A stretch of DNA of 64,000 nt, taken from NCBI GenBank assembly GCA_000320545.1, contig ADNK01003292.1, positions 1 through 64,000 of the forward strand. The letters are read 5' to 3'. The stretch comes from Bigelowiella natans CCMP2755. Lineage: Eukaryota > Protista > Cercozoa. The notes beneath the pieces were generated by a model that was given only the letters and a program-made list of their open reading frames with translations, searched no databases and had not been told where the DNA came from. Position numbers and translations under genes: made by a program. Positions within the stretch are counted from its first letter, which is position 1. Each line of letters begins with the position of its first letter. Positions 1-12,815 of this stretch are shown here, piece by piece.

Positions 1-93
1 CCCCCCCCCCCCCCCCCGCCCCTCCCTGGGGAGAATTTACCACCATTTCTCTTCTTTTCACACAACATTTTTTGAGTAGAACGTTTGTTTTGA

Positions 94-1492
94 GTTGGCC
101 TATTGGTGTATCTGTCTTAGCGTCGAGAAGTTACTTGAAGAGCTCAAGCAGCCTTCTGATGATCTGAAGAGAGCTGCAACTATACCTCCTCAGGAAGAAA
201 AAAAAGCTTTGCAGGTAGTTTTTAATGATCACGACGACGGTGGGGGGAGGGGGGGGAGAATTGACGATAAATTGAAGGTTATGATGATGATGACGACGAT
301 GATGATAATCGTGAGATGGGAGTTCGGTCCCCGGAGGAGGAAAGCAGCACACAATATGCATTGAAAAAACGGCTGAGTAATACGAAACGGAATGATGGTA
401 TACTGACGAATACTATGCATGGGCAATCAACCATAACATGAGAAATTGCTGATGATGAAAGAGCCTCCTCCTCCTCCTCCTGACATTAGGTCCAAGAAGA
501 AAATAAAAAGGCACTTTCCAGTAAATTGGTAGCAACTAGCACCTCTACACACAACTGCTCTTCCTCTACAACACAACATAATAATAATATACTCACGCTA
601 ACCCCTTATCCCTCTTCCAGGAGGGATTCGATGGAAATGTGGAGGACCTATCGGTAAGCAGCAGCAGCAGCAGCAGTAGTAGTAGCAGGATTAACGTGTT
701 AAGCAGAAGAAGAACCAGAAGAAAGAGAAGAACAACCACGAATATGTTCCAAGAAGCAGCAGAGAGTGTCTATAACCTCTTGCTGTCCTCCTCTTCTCTT
801 TACTTCTATCACGGTTTTCCTCTACCAAAAGAGTATTTATAATCTCCTCCTTCTCTTTCATATCGGTTTCGCTCATCACGCGCCACGTAAATCTCCGTGG
901 AAGACAGGATATGCCTCTTCGTTATCATCATCATCACCATCATCATTTCATACGAGCACATCAGTCCTCGTTATCGTCTGTAATCGTCACCTCCCACCCT
1001 CCAGGCTGTACTTCCAACCATCCAAAGAAGCTTATCTCGCCCTCCAGAGGGCCAGTGGCAATGCAAGTACTGAACCAACTACCTCCGAAAATGCTCATTT
1101 TACTTCTTCCCTTCTCCTCCTCCTCCTTGCTCTGCTGCGTCTATCGATACATTAACCAGCTACACCTGCCACTGGATTAATATACACAACTGTACCGATC
1201 GTACCTGTCATCATCTTCATCACCATCGTCGTCATCATCTACATCCAATTATTTCGGATTGCTGCGTTGATGATGATAATAGCGGTGGTGGCTGTTGTAT
1301 TACAGAGCATGCACGCTCTACAATAAGAAGGAGAATACCCAGGTGAGGAGGAGGAGGAGGAGGAGGAGGCACATTAGGGCTATGCTATCATTAATCACAT
1401 CTTTTTTCTCTGCCGTCGTTGTCGTTGTAGCTATTGCTCATTTTGCCGTGAATCATGAAAGGAAGCATCGATCAATGTCACCAATACTCGAG

Positions 1493-1537
<45 letters not shown>

Positions 1538-1875
1538 CATATTTATATTGTGTGTTCTGCTGGTGGTGGTACTTTTCCTGCTTCTTCCTCTGGTTGGCAG
1601 TGCGAGGTATGCGGCACTGAAAAGGAGAGCGACTCCGTTCTCAAAGGAGATGAGGTGCTGCTGCTTTCTCCTTGTAGTTTTCGCTACTTCACCGTAATCG
1701 TCAACCATGCTGCTTTTGGATGGAAAGAGCGATTGATTGAATTGTAACACACTTGGTACAAAAGATACGATGCGGCATTTGCTGGGATTCCATTGCTCCT
1801 GGTCGCATCCGAGATACAGAATGTGAGTTCTCGTGAGTGAGCGGTGGGGAGAGGGAAGGGAGGGGGGGTAGAGGC

Positions 1876-1907
<32 letters not shown>

Positions 1908-2105
1908 TGCACTCTGGAAGATTTAATGCAATATTATCATTTCTCTTCTTCTCCTTTTTCTTGTCCGTCTTCTTCTCCTTCTGCAAGCTGGTGTTTTTGA
2001 GTCTCTTTACCGACGATGATGATGATGATGATGATGATGATGCGAATTATCACTGTTTATGACCTTCTTCATCATCCGCCCCCCTTTCTTAATGCATGAA
2101 TAACC

Positions 2106-2138
<33 letters not shown>

Positions 2139-2750
2139 CTGGCTCTTTGGTATTTCTCCTCCTCCTCCTCCCCCCCCCCCCCCCCCCCCTCTCTCTAATC
2201 TTAAATCGTCGATATGACTGACACGATACAGCTCCTCTCCTGCTACTGATGATGATGATGATAAGGGCCATGTTTGATTCTGATGACGAATATCAAATAT
2301 GAGCTGCTTCTTCTTCTTCTTCTTCTTCTTCTTCTTCTTCTTCTTCTTTTGTAACATTATCCAAAGGCAAACATCAGTTTTGTGTGGATTGTTGGTCTGG
2401 GTACTTGACGTCTAAGATTGGGGACGGGCAGGTAGAAGAACAAGTAGTAGTAGTAATAGTAGTAGTGGTAGTAATAGTAGAAGGGGGAGGAGGAGTAGGA
2501 AGAAGTGGTGAGTAGTAGTGAGCAGCATCATTCTCTGATTATTACCCGAGTTGATTACTTGCACAACGTCAAGTAAGATGCTGATGTTTGCCGGTGTTGT
2601 TGATCTTGTGGTTGATGATGATGATGATGATGATAGAGATGTAGAGGCCTGTTTTGTGTTCGTATCACCATGGTTTCATGCGTTTAAGAATACCCAACTT
2701 CACGGGTGTTGCGTATCTTAGAATCGAGTGAATGATTCCGTATCATTCGA

Positions 2751-2787
<37 letters not shown>

Positions 2788-2822
2788 GTGCGTGTGTGTG
2801 TGTGTGTGCTTTGCTGATCCTA

Positions 2823-2853
<31 letters not shown>

Positions 2854-4124
2854 TATTATCGACATCACGATCATCATCAGGTCGTATCCCTGAGATGTCC
2901 TGAGCCGTCCTGCAATCGAGAGGTGTGTGTGTGTGTGTGTGTGGAGGGGGTGATAGACTTTTTGGGTGAGGGGGGGGAAGGGGTAACTTACATCGATAGT
3001 ATGAAAAAGCAGGATTGTATGTGTCTTAACTGCTTGCTATCGTCCTTCTTCCTTCCCCCCTCCTCCCCCCCCTTTTTATCTGTTGGGAACAGATAAAGGA
3101 GGATGAGGTCAAGAAGGTTGTGAATGAGGGGACCTTCGCAAAATACAAGTACTCGTTTCATTGGCGAACTACATGAGTGTGGTGTACATTGATTTTGCAA
3201 TGGGGGATATATGAATGCTCCTCCTCCTCCTCCTCCTCCTCTTTCCTTCCTGTTTCCCCTCTCTCTTCCGTATCATCATCATCCACATTGATGCATGGCA
3301 TGAGTTCCATACCATAATCAACTGATCGATCGATCGACGCCTGCCATCATCGGGTGAATTATTAAGGAAATTCCAGAAGAACGCAGCGATTGCAGTTGAC
3401 AATGTAGTGTAGTATTTGTTGTTGTTGTTGTTGGTGGTGGTGTGGTGGTGCTGTCGTTGTAGTAGGCGATTCTGTGAGTGGTATGATGTAAAAGGACACA
3501 AAGATGATGATGGTGGTGGTGGTGGTGGTGGTGGTGATGGGGGTAATGATGGAGAGGAAGAAGAAGAAGAAAGAAAGAAAGAAAGAAAGAAAGAGAAAAA
3601 AGCAGGGGGTGAGAAAAGAAGCCAATGACTGTACAATGACTGCAGCATCGAGGTGCTTAGCGCTGCTGCTGCTGCTGCTGCTGCTGTTAATGCCATGGGA
3701 CCACTCCTCCCATGTTGTTATTGTTGTTTTTGCTGCTGCTGCTGCTGTTGTTGTTGCTTCGATAGAACAAGCGATGGTGTCCAACCCGTGACTGTAACAC
3801 CGTGCTTGAGAAACCTGCGGGTTGGGAGAGAAAGGTGGGTGATTGTCGCGCTAAGAGGCACTCCAATCGAACCCTGATGCGTAGTAGGACACCACATCCC
3901 CCAAATACGACTATCATTTACTAACTGGAACACCAGCGGATATATGTAGATTAAATAATACACGTCAGCTGCATGCAGCTTTGGAGCAATGTTTTATCAT
4001 CGAGTTGTTGTCCCTCTTTTTCACCGCCCTCCCCTTCTCTCCCTCGGCCTTCCTCTCACTGCTGCTGCTGCTGCTTCTTCTTCTTTTATCTCCCTCCCTC
4101 CCCCCCCCCCCTTCTCTCTCACTC

Positions 4125-4155
<31 letters not shown>

Positions 4156-4909
4156 AGAAGGCGGGGATGTCTCTAGTGCTCTGTCTTTCTCGCTTACGAC
4201 ACTCATCGTTCCCCAGGTCACCTGCGAGAAATGCCATCGATCTTACTGCTGGAAGTGCAACGAGCGTTACCACAAGTACTACTTATTCTCTCCCACTTAC
4301 CAAACGATGATGCTTTTGTCTGCTGCTGCTTCTTCTGAGAGGTGGAGGGAGGAAAAAACATGCTAAAATATGTGTACGATGAGTGAATTTGGAGAGCAAT
4401 CGAGTAAACAGCGTTACAGTTGCATTTACAACAAAGATGACGACGATGATGATGATGATGATGATGATGATGACGACGATGAGTGCGAGATCGGCAGCCT
4501 GTATGAACATGATGAATGCTGATAGGTCTTCTTCTTCTTCTTCTTCTTCTTCTTCTTGTTGGTGATGGTTTTTCCTCTTAGAGGAAGTTGTGAGAAGAAG
4601 GCAGCTAGTTCGAATGCTGCAGCTTTTGCGTATGTGGAAACACCACCATCATCATCATCATCACCATCATCATCACCACCATCATCACCATCACCATCAT
4701 CATCATCATCATTATCATCACCATCATCATCGTCATCATCATCATCATCGTCATATCTGTTTTGATAGAAAAAGAAGACGATACCGCGTATATACAACAT
4801 ACTAGTACAATAACAGATGATGCATGACACAAAATATCAGGAAGAAGTGTGTTAAATGCTTATTGCTCCTTTTCATCGTCATCATCAGCATTAGTATATT
4901 GATATGATT

Positions 4910-4950
<41 letters not shown>

Positions 4951-5038
4951 TAATCAGCATTTTTATATATTAATCAGCATGTATAAGCTAATGAACACCG
5001 TGAAGCCCTGCCCAAAGTGCCGTTCTCCTATCGAACGG

Positions 5039-5081
<43 letters not shown>

Positions 5082-5334
5082 TTGATGTAAATAATATTGC
5101 AGTTTATTTAATATTATGAAAGATCATCGTCGCCCAGGTGCCTCCTTCTCCTCCTCTCCACCTTCTTCCTAGTCTTAATTACATTTATGTTGTGTTTACT
5201 AATGTTACTATCGTTGTTGTCATTATTGTTATTTATGATATCATGCTCTTTGCAGGTCCTCTGGGTGTAACCATATGACATGTGGAGTGTGTCGTTACGA
5301 GTTCTGCTGGATGTGGTAGTAGTAGCAGCAGTAG

Positions 5335-5368
<34 letters not shown>

Positions 5369-5757
5369 ATGAGTGATGGGGGGCGGGGAGAAGAAACACG
5401 GGAGAAGAAACACGGGAGAAAGAAGAAGAAGAAGATAATGATGATGATGATGTTTTTTTATCTTTCTGTTACTACATTGCATATCACTATCATCGATCAT
5501 CAATCATAATAATCATCAGCATCAGCATCATCATCATTTTCCTCTCACATCAGCGGAGGAAAGTACGACTCCGATCATTTCGAGTGGTACAACATCTTTG
5601 GCTGTCCAGGAGGCCAGGATGGTGGGCTGGCATGCCTTGGTGATGATACATGCTGCGGTACTATTAGTAGTAGTAGTGGTAGTAGTAGTAGTAGTAGTAG
5701 TAGTTGTAGTGCCGTCGAGTCTCTTTCTTATATTTCCATCATTATCATCAGCATCAT

Positions 5758-5788
<31 letters not shown>

Positions 5789-6095
5789 AGCAGCAGTATA
5801 ATCAGCGGCATAAACAATGACAGGTGTTAACTGTGGGTGCTGCTCAATCGATTGTGGGTGTGAATGCATTGGGTATTATTTATTTATTTATTTATCTATT
5901 ATTGGGACTACTACTGCTGCTACCTGCTGTTACGTCATTAATACAGTGTTCGCGCTATCGTTATCCCTCCCCCCCCCCCCCCCCCCCCCCCCAACACACG
6001 CACATAGAAGAGAGAGAGGGGGGGGGAGGGGGGTTGCTGGCTGGTGTATTAAAATATACATAGTGAAGAGGGAATAGAGAGAAGAGTTGACGACT

Positions 6096-6149
<54 letters not shown>

Positions 6150-6375
6150 TGTGTGGTTTTATGATGTTATTTTCCATCCTCCTCCTTCTTCGCCGTCACC
6201 ACTACTACTAAGACTACTACCATCACCACCATCAATCATTACCTTTTTGCCCTCTCTGTGTACTCTGATTGCTGCTGCTGCTGCTGCTAGTTATCATCAT
6301 ATCAACCCAGTTGGCATTGCAAAACGTTCTCTTGTGCGGATCGGAGTAAGAGAAACACTATTGATAGGGAACAGT

Positions 6376-6419
<44 letters not shown>

Positions 6420-6498
6420 GAGAAAGGAGTTACAAAAGAGTACAGATATGCTGTCCTTGTTTATTTCAATTGCACAGGCTATCGTATTTATTGCATAG
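94..6498 (+). CDS. RBR (RING1-IBR-RING2) E3 ubiquitin ligase with N-terminal UBA-like and RanBP2/NZF zinc finger; many short exons; 5' end probably upstream of the window, 3' end approximate
   Basis: Exons stitched at GT-AG sites: UBA-like AYLALQRASGNA/SYTCHWINIH (~1005-1200), NZF ACTLYNKKENTQ/CEVCGTEK (1305-1625), RING1 HQFCVDCWSGYLTSKIGDGQ (2371-2431) and LRCPEPSC (2890-2915), IBR WCPTRDC (3775-3795) and VTCEKCHRSYCWKCNERYH (4218-4274), RING2 KPCPKCRSPIER (5003-5037) and SGCNHMTC (5260-5285), then HFEWYNIFGCPG (5575-5610). Confidence 0.85.
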
Positions 6499-7045
6499 CA
6501 CAGTGATATCACAAATTACCACAGACTTCTCACTTGCTGGTCATCATATTCGTCTGCTGATCTACTTAACGTGTGGTGACTTTCTTTGCAAATACTTCTT
6601 AGGCCTTAACCGGGGCCCTCGCGTGCTGCCCCTTCATATGCTGCGGACTAGCCTTATCTGTGAGATACGTTTCCTTCATTTGTTGTTGTTGTTGTTGTTA
6701 TTGTTGTTGTTGTTGTTATTGTTGTTGTTGTTACTGTTGTTGTTACTGTTGCTCTTGCTGTTGTTGTTGTTGTCGTTGTCGTTGTTGTTGTTCCATCGCT
6801 TCGCTTTGTTTGACAGATGATCCATTTTATGATTTCCATCGTATCGTAAATCTGCATGTGAATTGGGGAATACATTAGGGTTATTTTTGTCAGGCTTGTG
6901 ATATCAACCTGTGAGTGAGGTGAAAGAGGTGTTTATTGATTATTTTCGCAGGCATGTGAGGTGGACTTGGGCCTTGAATACTGTCTCAGCCTCTGCTGTG
7001 ATGATGATTGAGAGAAGGGGGATCGGAGTTATGAATACATTTGTG

Positions 7046-7144
7046 GAGACGGATGTAATGAATAAATTTAATTTTTAATGGTCACCCTAATATAGCTAAG
7101 CAATGCTGCGGCTTAAGTGTAAATATGATGACACACACACACAC

Positions 7145-7181
<37 letters not shown>

Positions 7182-7183
7182 AA

Positions 7184-7215
<32 letters not shown>

Positions 7216-7337
7216 ACACATGAGACGGATGTAATGAAATGTTCAAATTTTTTGTGTGTGTACATATATGAGACGGATGTAATGAAATGTTTAAATTTTT
7301 TCATGGTCATCCTAAGTAGCTGTGCAAAGCAGCGGCT
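7046..7337 (+). repeat. Cluster of three copies (7046-7113, partial 7222-7253, 7270-7337) of a ~70-bp dispersed element, GAGACGGATGTAATGAA...AATGGTCATCCTAA...GCAGCGGCT
   Basis: Direct sequence similarity among these copies and with the copies at 8535-8627 (-), 35263-35334 and 39552-39631. Confidence 0.85.
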
Positions 7338-7373
7338 ACAAATATGTACATATGTATACATGTGTATGCATGT

Positions 7374-7415
<42 letters not shown>

Positions 7416-7440
7416 AATGATTGACGGATAGCGCACATGT

Positions 7441-8900
7441 ACTAGATCATGTAGCAGGCCTAGAAGTAGACAAGGAAGCTAATCAGAATTGCCTTTTTTT
7501 GCAATGAGATCTAATGCAAATGTCACAGCTAGACAAAGAACAATGTTTTTTTGACAAAGCAGCATTGCGGGAATGTGTTTCTAGCTAGCTAGATGTACAT
7601 TCATTCTCACCATGCATCGTCAACATGCACTACTATTTGAGACACGCACATTAGACTACGTACTAGACTAGCAGTGCACAATGCAATCGGCTGTGATGAT
7701 TGGTTTCTACGATGACTCAGCGTCACCTTGCGCATTTTCACTTCGGCAATGCTAACAACAATGCTAGCAATGCTAGAATGCATCGTAAGCTAAGGCGCAA
7801 ATTGTTGTGCGCTGGTGTTGTCCGTTGTCGTTCGATTCTAGCATTGCATGCGCGCATGCCATTCTAGCTAGCATTGATGATTGCTAATGCGTTGCACGCG
7901 TACTAGAGTAGCTGCTGCTGTCATTTCTAGGCTTTGTGTGTCTTGACGACGAATAAAGCTTCAAGTTCATCGCAGCATAATTTGCTTCGCTAGAGGACAG
8001 CAGCAAAGTGTGTGGCTGCGCTACTAGACTAGCGACACTGCTAGACTGTTTAGCTGTCTAGACTGTCTAGCTAGCTAGCTGTGTGGCCATTGGAAATGCA
8101 AGCACACGCATTGCTAGATTGCCTAGTCTAGCACGTAGTGTTGCCACATCATGCTAGTATGGGTGTTGGCAACATTGGTAGCTTCAAACTCTCAAGAGGA
8201 CTGTGCATGCATGCACTGCAGCTGAAGCACACCGCGCAATCCGCAACATGCACAATCGGATAAGACGTAGACCACTTGTTGTAATGTCCACTTCATGTCA
8301 CACATCAACTTCGCTTGAGCAATCAGCTCACTACCATAGTTCACCATAGCTAGCATGGTGACACGCGACGACGAAACAAAAAGACTGACATCTGAGGAAA
8401 AGGAAACACGAACGCTGCTGCGCGCAATGCTATGCTATAGAATGCGCGAGCGATCAAGACCGAAACAGCATGCATTCAATTGCATAGAACACATCATAGC
8501 TAAGACCAACAGATTCAACATTAGCGAGCGCTGTAGCCGCTGCTCTGCAGAGCTAGCTAGCTAGCTAGTAAGCTATTACATAAGGATGACCATTGAACAA
8601 ATTTAATTGATCAATTACATTCGTCTCACGTGATGCGGAGCGATGCATGGTAGCATGCAACACAGCATCGGCTGCTAGAGCATGCTACGTAAATGAGAAC
8701 ATGAACCCTGCTTCTTGCAATGTGTTCGTAACGCAACGTGCTATAGCATGGCTAGATGGCATGTGCATTTGCATAGTTGCTGGTGTAGACAGACGTCACA
8801 GTAGCAATGATGACATGCAAGCAAACGCCGCTGTGAGACAGATGCAATGAAATGCATTTTTTTTATTTCAACGGTCATGTATGACATGCCAGACTTGCTA
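7441..8900. other. TpA-eroded intergenic patch between the convergent RBR and Alb3 genes
   Basis: Rich in TGCA/CATG/CACA. Surviving TA are overwhelmingly in CTA or TAG contexts (gctagctagc runs); TAT/ATA/TTA/TAA are rare. Confidence 0.75.
8535..8627 (-). repeat. Inverted copy of the ~70-bp element with an internal (CTAG)n expansion
   Basis: Reverse complement reads gagacgaatgtaattgatcaattaaatttgttcaatggtcatccttatg...gcagagcagcggct. Confidence 0.8.
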
Positions 8901-8920
8901 GATTTGCAATGTATCATCAT

Positions 8921-10675
8921 TCATCGGAAATCAGGGTCATTGAAGAGATCATCGAACTCACTAGCCTCTTTTCCATTGCTCACCAATTCCCTCAATTCTG
9001 GGTATGGATCATTTAGATTCTCCTCAGGGTTACCTGCCGCCTCGAGCTCTTCGCTAAATTCACTTAGGTGTATTTTGTCTGACCAGTAGTACGCTTGATT
9101 AGCAGTTGCCTGTTCGTATGAGTCCTTCACCAACGTCTCCCAGTAAGGCCATGAGCTCTCATTTCCCGCGAGAGCTGCAGGCAGCCATTCCGGGCCTAAC
9201 GCATCGTAGTCTTCCTGCGACAGGTCACCATCGTCTGCTGCTACATTCTCACCGCTCCGAATCGCATATCCAGGGGGTATTTCGCCAAGATCGAGCTCGT
9301 CAAGTTCTGCCCCCCCCAATTCGCGTAGATACACTTGCTGAAGGTTTGATATGAGAGTGTTCGAAAGGTAGTAGAGGGCCAATCCTGATGGCACAGCGAG
9401 AGAAAAGTAACCTATCACTAATGGCAAGACGTAGGTCAGAGCTTTGACTGCGATTGGAGTTTCTTCCTCATCCTTCTTCTTCTTGTCCTCTTCGCCCTCC
9501 TCCCCATCATTCTCACCGCTAGTGACGATACCATCATCATCATCACCATCCCCAAACTCCATCTCCTTCTTCGCCTTTTCAGAAATAGACGCCAGTATCT
9601 GTGAGGAGAGGATTTGCGCAACCACCAAAGAGGCGGGCAGGACGAGGTAGCGAATAGCCTTGTCCCATCCAATGGGAGGTTCTCCATCAATTAACGGATA
9701 GAGCCATTTTAAGCCTACACCTGCCTGCCTATCAGCAAAGCTAACAGGGCCAGCGAGGGTGGGAATCCAGAAGAACCCCTGATCATCCAGCAGCCCTTCC
9801 CCTGCGACATTGCGTAGCGAGTAGAAAAGACCAAGAAAAATAGGAATCGTCGCGAGGGTGGGGAATAAGCTTGCAGTTGGATTGACGTCGTATTCTTCGT
9901 AAAGCACCTGCTTCTCCCTCTCGACAATGTCGGGGTTGCGCTTGTACCTCTCCTTGATTTTGTCCAAGCTGGGCTTGAGCCGCTGCATTTTCAGCTGGGA
10001 CTCAACTTGCAGCTTGGTGAGAGGGAACGTGAGGGTTTTGACGAAGAGGGTGAGCACGACAATACTCCATCCGTATGAGTATGGAACACCTGCCAGGTCG
10101 AGCTGTCTTTGGGATAGCGCAAGTACTTTTTCAAGAAAGTCCGTCCACGGTTTCAACCATCCAGGGCTTGCTGTTGTTGCTGCCGCTGCCGCGGCTGCTG
10201 CTGCGTCAGCGGAGCTATCAGCTGCATCAGAAACTATATGAAGCAAACCTACGTCTTCATGAGCGGTGGTTAATGGGGTAATGGAGCTCGAAAGTATTGT
10301 GTTGATGATCTCCGCTGGGGTCTGGTAATGTAGAAGATGATCCAGCTGTGGAAGGAAGGGTGTTATGGTGTCGGATGGATCTAATGCTTCGCGTTTCAAA
10401 ACGGGCAACCTCCTTGAATTTCGAAATCTAAAGCTGCTCCTCATCGTGGGGATAGATGAGCGCGTAGCCACCCCTCCTCTTTTGTCGATTTGAAAACTTC
10501 TTCCTATTGCCCCAGCGGGTGAGATGAGATCGCTACACGTCCAGGAAATAACAATCATAGAAACTATGGCCATGGGTAAGATTAGTTCTGGCACCCACGC
10601 GCGATTGATGGCCTTCCTGCAGCCCCTGTTATTATTTCTTCGTAGGTCGGGAAGTGGGGTACTACCATCAACCAT
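8921..10675 (-). CDS. ALB3: Thylakoid membrane insertase Alb3 (YidC/Oxa1/Alb3 family) with a bipartite plastid-targeting leader; single exon
   Basis: GVPYSYGWSIVVLTLFVKTLTFPLTKLQVES, GFFWIPTLAGP, PPIGWDKAIRYLVLP and FSLAVPSGLALYY are diagnostic of green-lineage Alb3. A hydrophobic signal segment is followed by a S/R-rich transit-like segment. Confidence 0.93.
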   Translation of the reverse strand: MVDGSTPLPDLRRNNNRGCRKAINRAWVPELILPMAIVSMIVISWTCSDLISPAGAIGRSFQIDKRGGVATRSSIPTMRSSFRFRNSRRLPVLKREALDPSDTITPFLPQLDHLLHYQTPAEIINTILSSSITPLTTAHEDVGLLHIVSDAADSSADAAAAAAAAATTASPGWLKPWTDFLEKVLALSQRQLDLAGVPYSYGWSIVVLTLFVKTLTFPLTKLQVESQLKMQRLKPSLDKIKERYKRNPDIVEREKQVLYEEYDVNPTASLFPTLATIPIFLGLFYSLRNVAGEGLLDDQGFFWIPTLAGPVSFADRQAGVGLKWLYPLIDGEPPIGWDKAIRYLVLPASLVVAQILSSQILASISEKAKKEMEFGDGDDDDGIVTSGENDGEEGEEDKKKKDEEETPIAVKALTYVLPLVIGYFSLAVPSGLALYYLSNTLISNLQQVYLRELGGAELDELDLGEIPPGYAIRSGENVAADDGDLSQEDYDALGPEWLPAALAGNESSWPYWETLVKDSYEQATANQAYYWSDKIHLSEFSEELEAAGNPEENLNDPYPELRELVSNGKEASEFDDLFNDPDFR

Positions 10676-11169
10676 GCTTGAAACCCTCAACTCAGATCAA
10701 CTTCACTGTTCTTCAGCCTCCCAGCCGCTCGGCAATCGCTGCAGATTCTAATGAGAAATCTAATCTTATCTCTTAATTTTAATCGCAGGATCCCCGCTCG
10801 AGAGGGGGGGTGGAGGCGCTGCGCTTGATTTCCTCGTTTTATTCACTGCGTCAAGGAAATGGTTGTCGCAGACACAAAAGGGGTTTACAAACGATAGGAT
10901 TGACATCCGGTTATTATTGTCGAAATATATTATATTTTCTCCTCGCGACAAGGAGGATATCGAAATTTCAAAAATTAATAAAGTGCTTATTTTAGTTGTC
11001 GCAACTGTATATTCTCTTACATTTAATTGATATCTTGGCCAACATATCCAAACCACCGGCGATGAGGTCCGTCGTAGGCTGCAACAGCGATTCTGCAGCC
11101 CTCTCATTGATACACAGAATGACTTTTGTGAAGCAGCAAAGACACCATTGTTTGATTTGTTGTATATAG

Positions 11170-12095
11170 GCCCACTGTCTTGAACGTGGCATTCGCCTTG
11201 TTTATGGCTAAAGTTCCCTGGGTAGACGGATTGGCCGATGACGACATTCATATCGTCTTTAGCACCGATTGCTCGGGCTATCAAAACTGGCAGGTCGGCA
11301 TGAGAGATATCGAGGACTTTCGTTTCCACCCATCATCAGCATACCCTCTGTATTGGGGAGGGGTTTTGCATTGTTATCGTAGAGAGACTGGCATGCAACA
11401 TGGATCAACATCGCCTTTTCACACGTGCGAAACCCATACAAACGCAGACAAAAAAGCAACACTTACATCCAGACATCCAGACAACACACTCTCATGATAG
11501 CTAGAAAAGCTTGAATCGGCGGCTCTTTCTGAGCTTATCCGCCACCCATATATTAGGCTGAGGCTCTGGCTTACTCCGCCCTGATGGTAGGCCAACAAGG
11601 CCACATCACGCGAATCGTATCTAATTGTCCAGACGATGCCGACTTTGCTATGATGAGACGCTCATCGTATCCGAACTACCATGTTCACATTACGCCAAAG
11701 TTTAGCCTTGATGAGGGACGCGAGTAAGAGCCACCACACACACCAACGGGGCGCTTAAATAGGCATGGGCATATGATGCATTCGACGAACACAGCAACGT
11801 CAAGCACAATATGAAGAGTCGTGAATACTGCCAACTCACTCTAACCCAAGGATAATGGTGTAAAATCCTTATGCAGGTATTTTCCGTACTACAACAAGCC
11901 TCTGGGCGTCGACCATTGGATCAAGAACGCCGTTCCTGCTGTATCACAGAGCGTGGTTGTGCTGCTTGATCCAGATATGGTTTTTGTGCAGCCTATTCGT
12001 CCTGATGGCGTTAAAAACAAGGACTACATCCTCTACACCGGCCATAGAAGTTAGTAGTCGTAGTCGTAGTAGCAGTAGTAGCAGCAGTAGTAGTT

Positions 12096-12127
<32 letters not shown>

Positions 12128-12745
12128 GGTGGTACTAGTAGCAGTAGTAGTTATTTAATACACAATTTCTAACAAAAATATTCTAAAGTTCCTCTTTCCA
12201 TAGCTGTATTCGTAGCTATAACATACCTGTTTGATGGCCTATCTCCCCCCCCCCCCCTATCCCATACGTCAGAAAAGTCAGAGGTGAGCGACGCGGTGCG
12301 GGAGGGGCATCCAGTTGGACAGCAATACTTGATTGGATCGGGGTGGGTAAACTTCAAACGCGACCTTATCTGTGGGCCTGGATCTCCATGTACTACGGTA
12401 AGTAAGTTAGTAAGTAAGTAAGAGATCGTGCCGCCGCCACCAGCAGCAGCAGCAGCAGCTTAGAAGATAATCATCCAACAACCCGCGAAAAATCATATGT
12501 ATTCCGAGCGCATACCGATTGGGGGCTAGTTCTGCGACATCAGCGCCGCCTCCTCTCGAGGCTGTGTGTAGGCGTTTCGAGATTTCAGCATTGTTACTTT
12601 TTTACGCTTGTCGATGCTGTTTTTTGATGAAATGGGGAGAAATTGTTGGAGAAAGGGCAGGCGCTGGGATTGGTAGTTGACGCCGACGGTTACTTTTGAC
12701 GAGGACTATGATGAACGTCACTGTGTTATTCTAATTTTATATATT

Positions 12746-12815
<70 letters not shown>

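Noticed and set aside
95-7436. Numerous short ORFs with homopolymeric runs (poly-H, -S, -M, YIYI, CVCV)
   Set aside because: Translations of intronic microsatellites.
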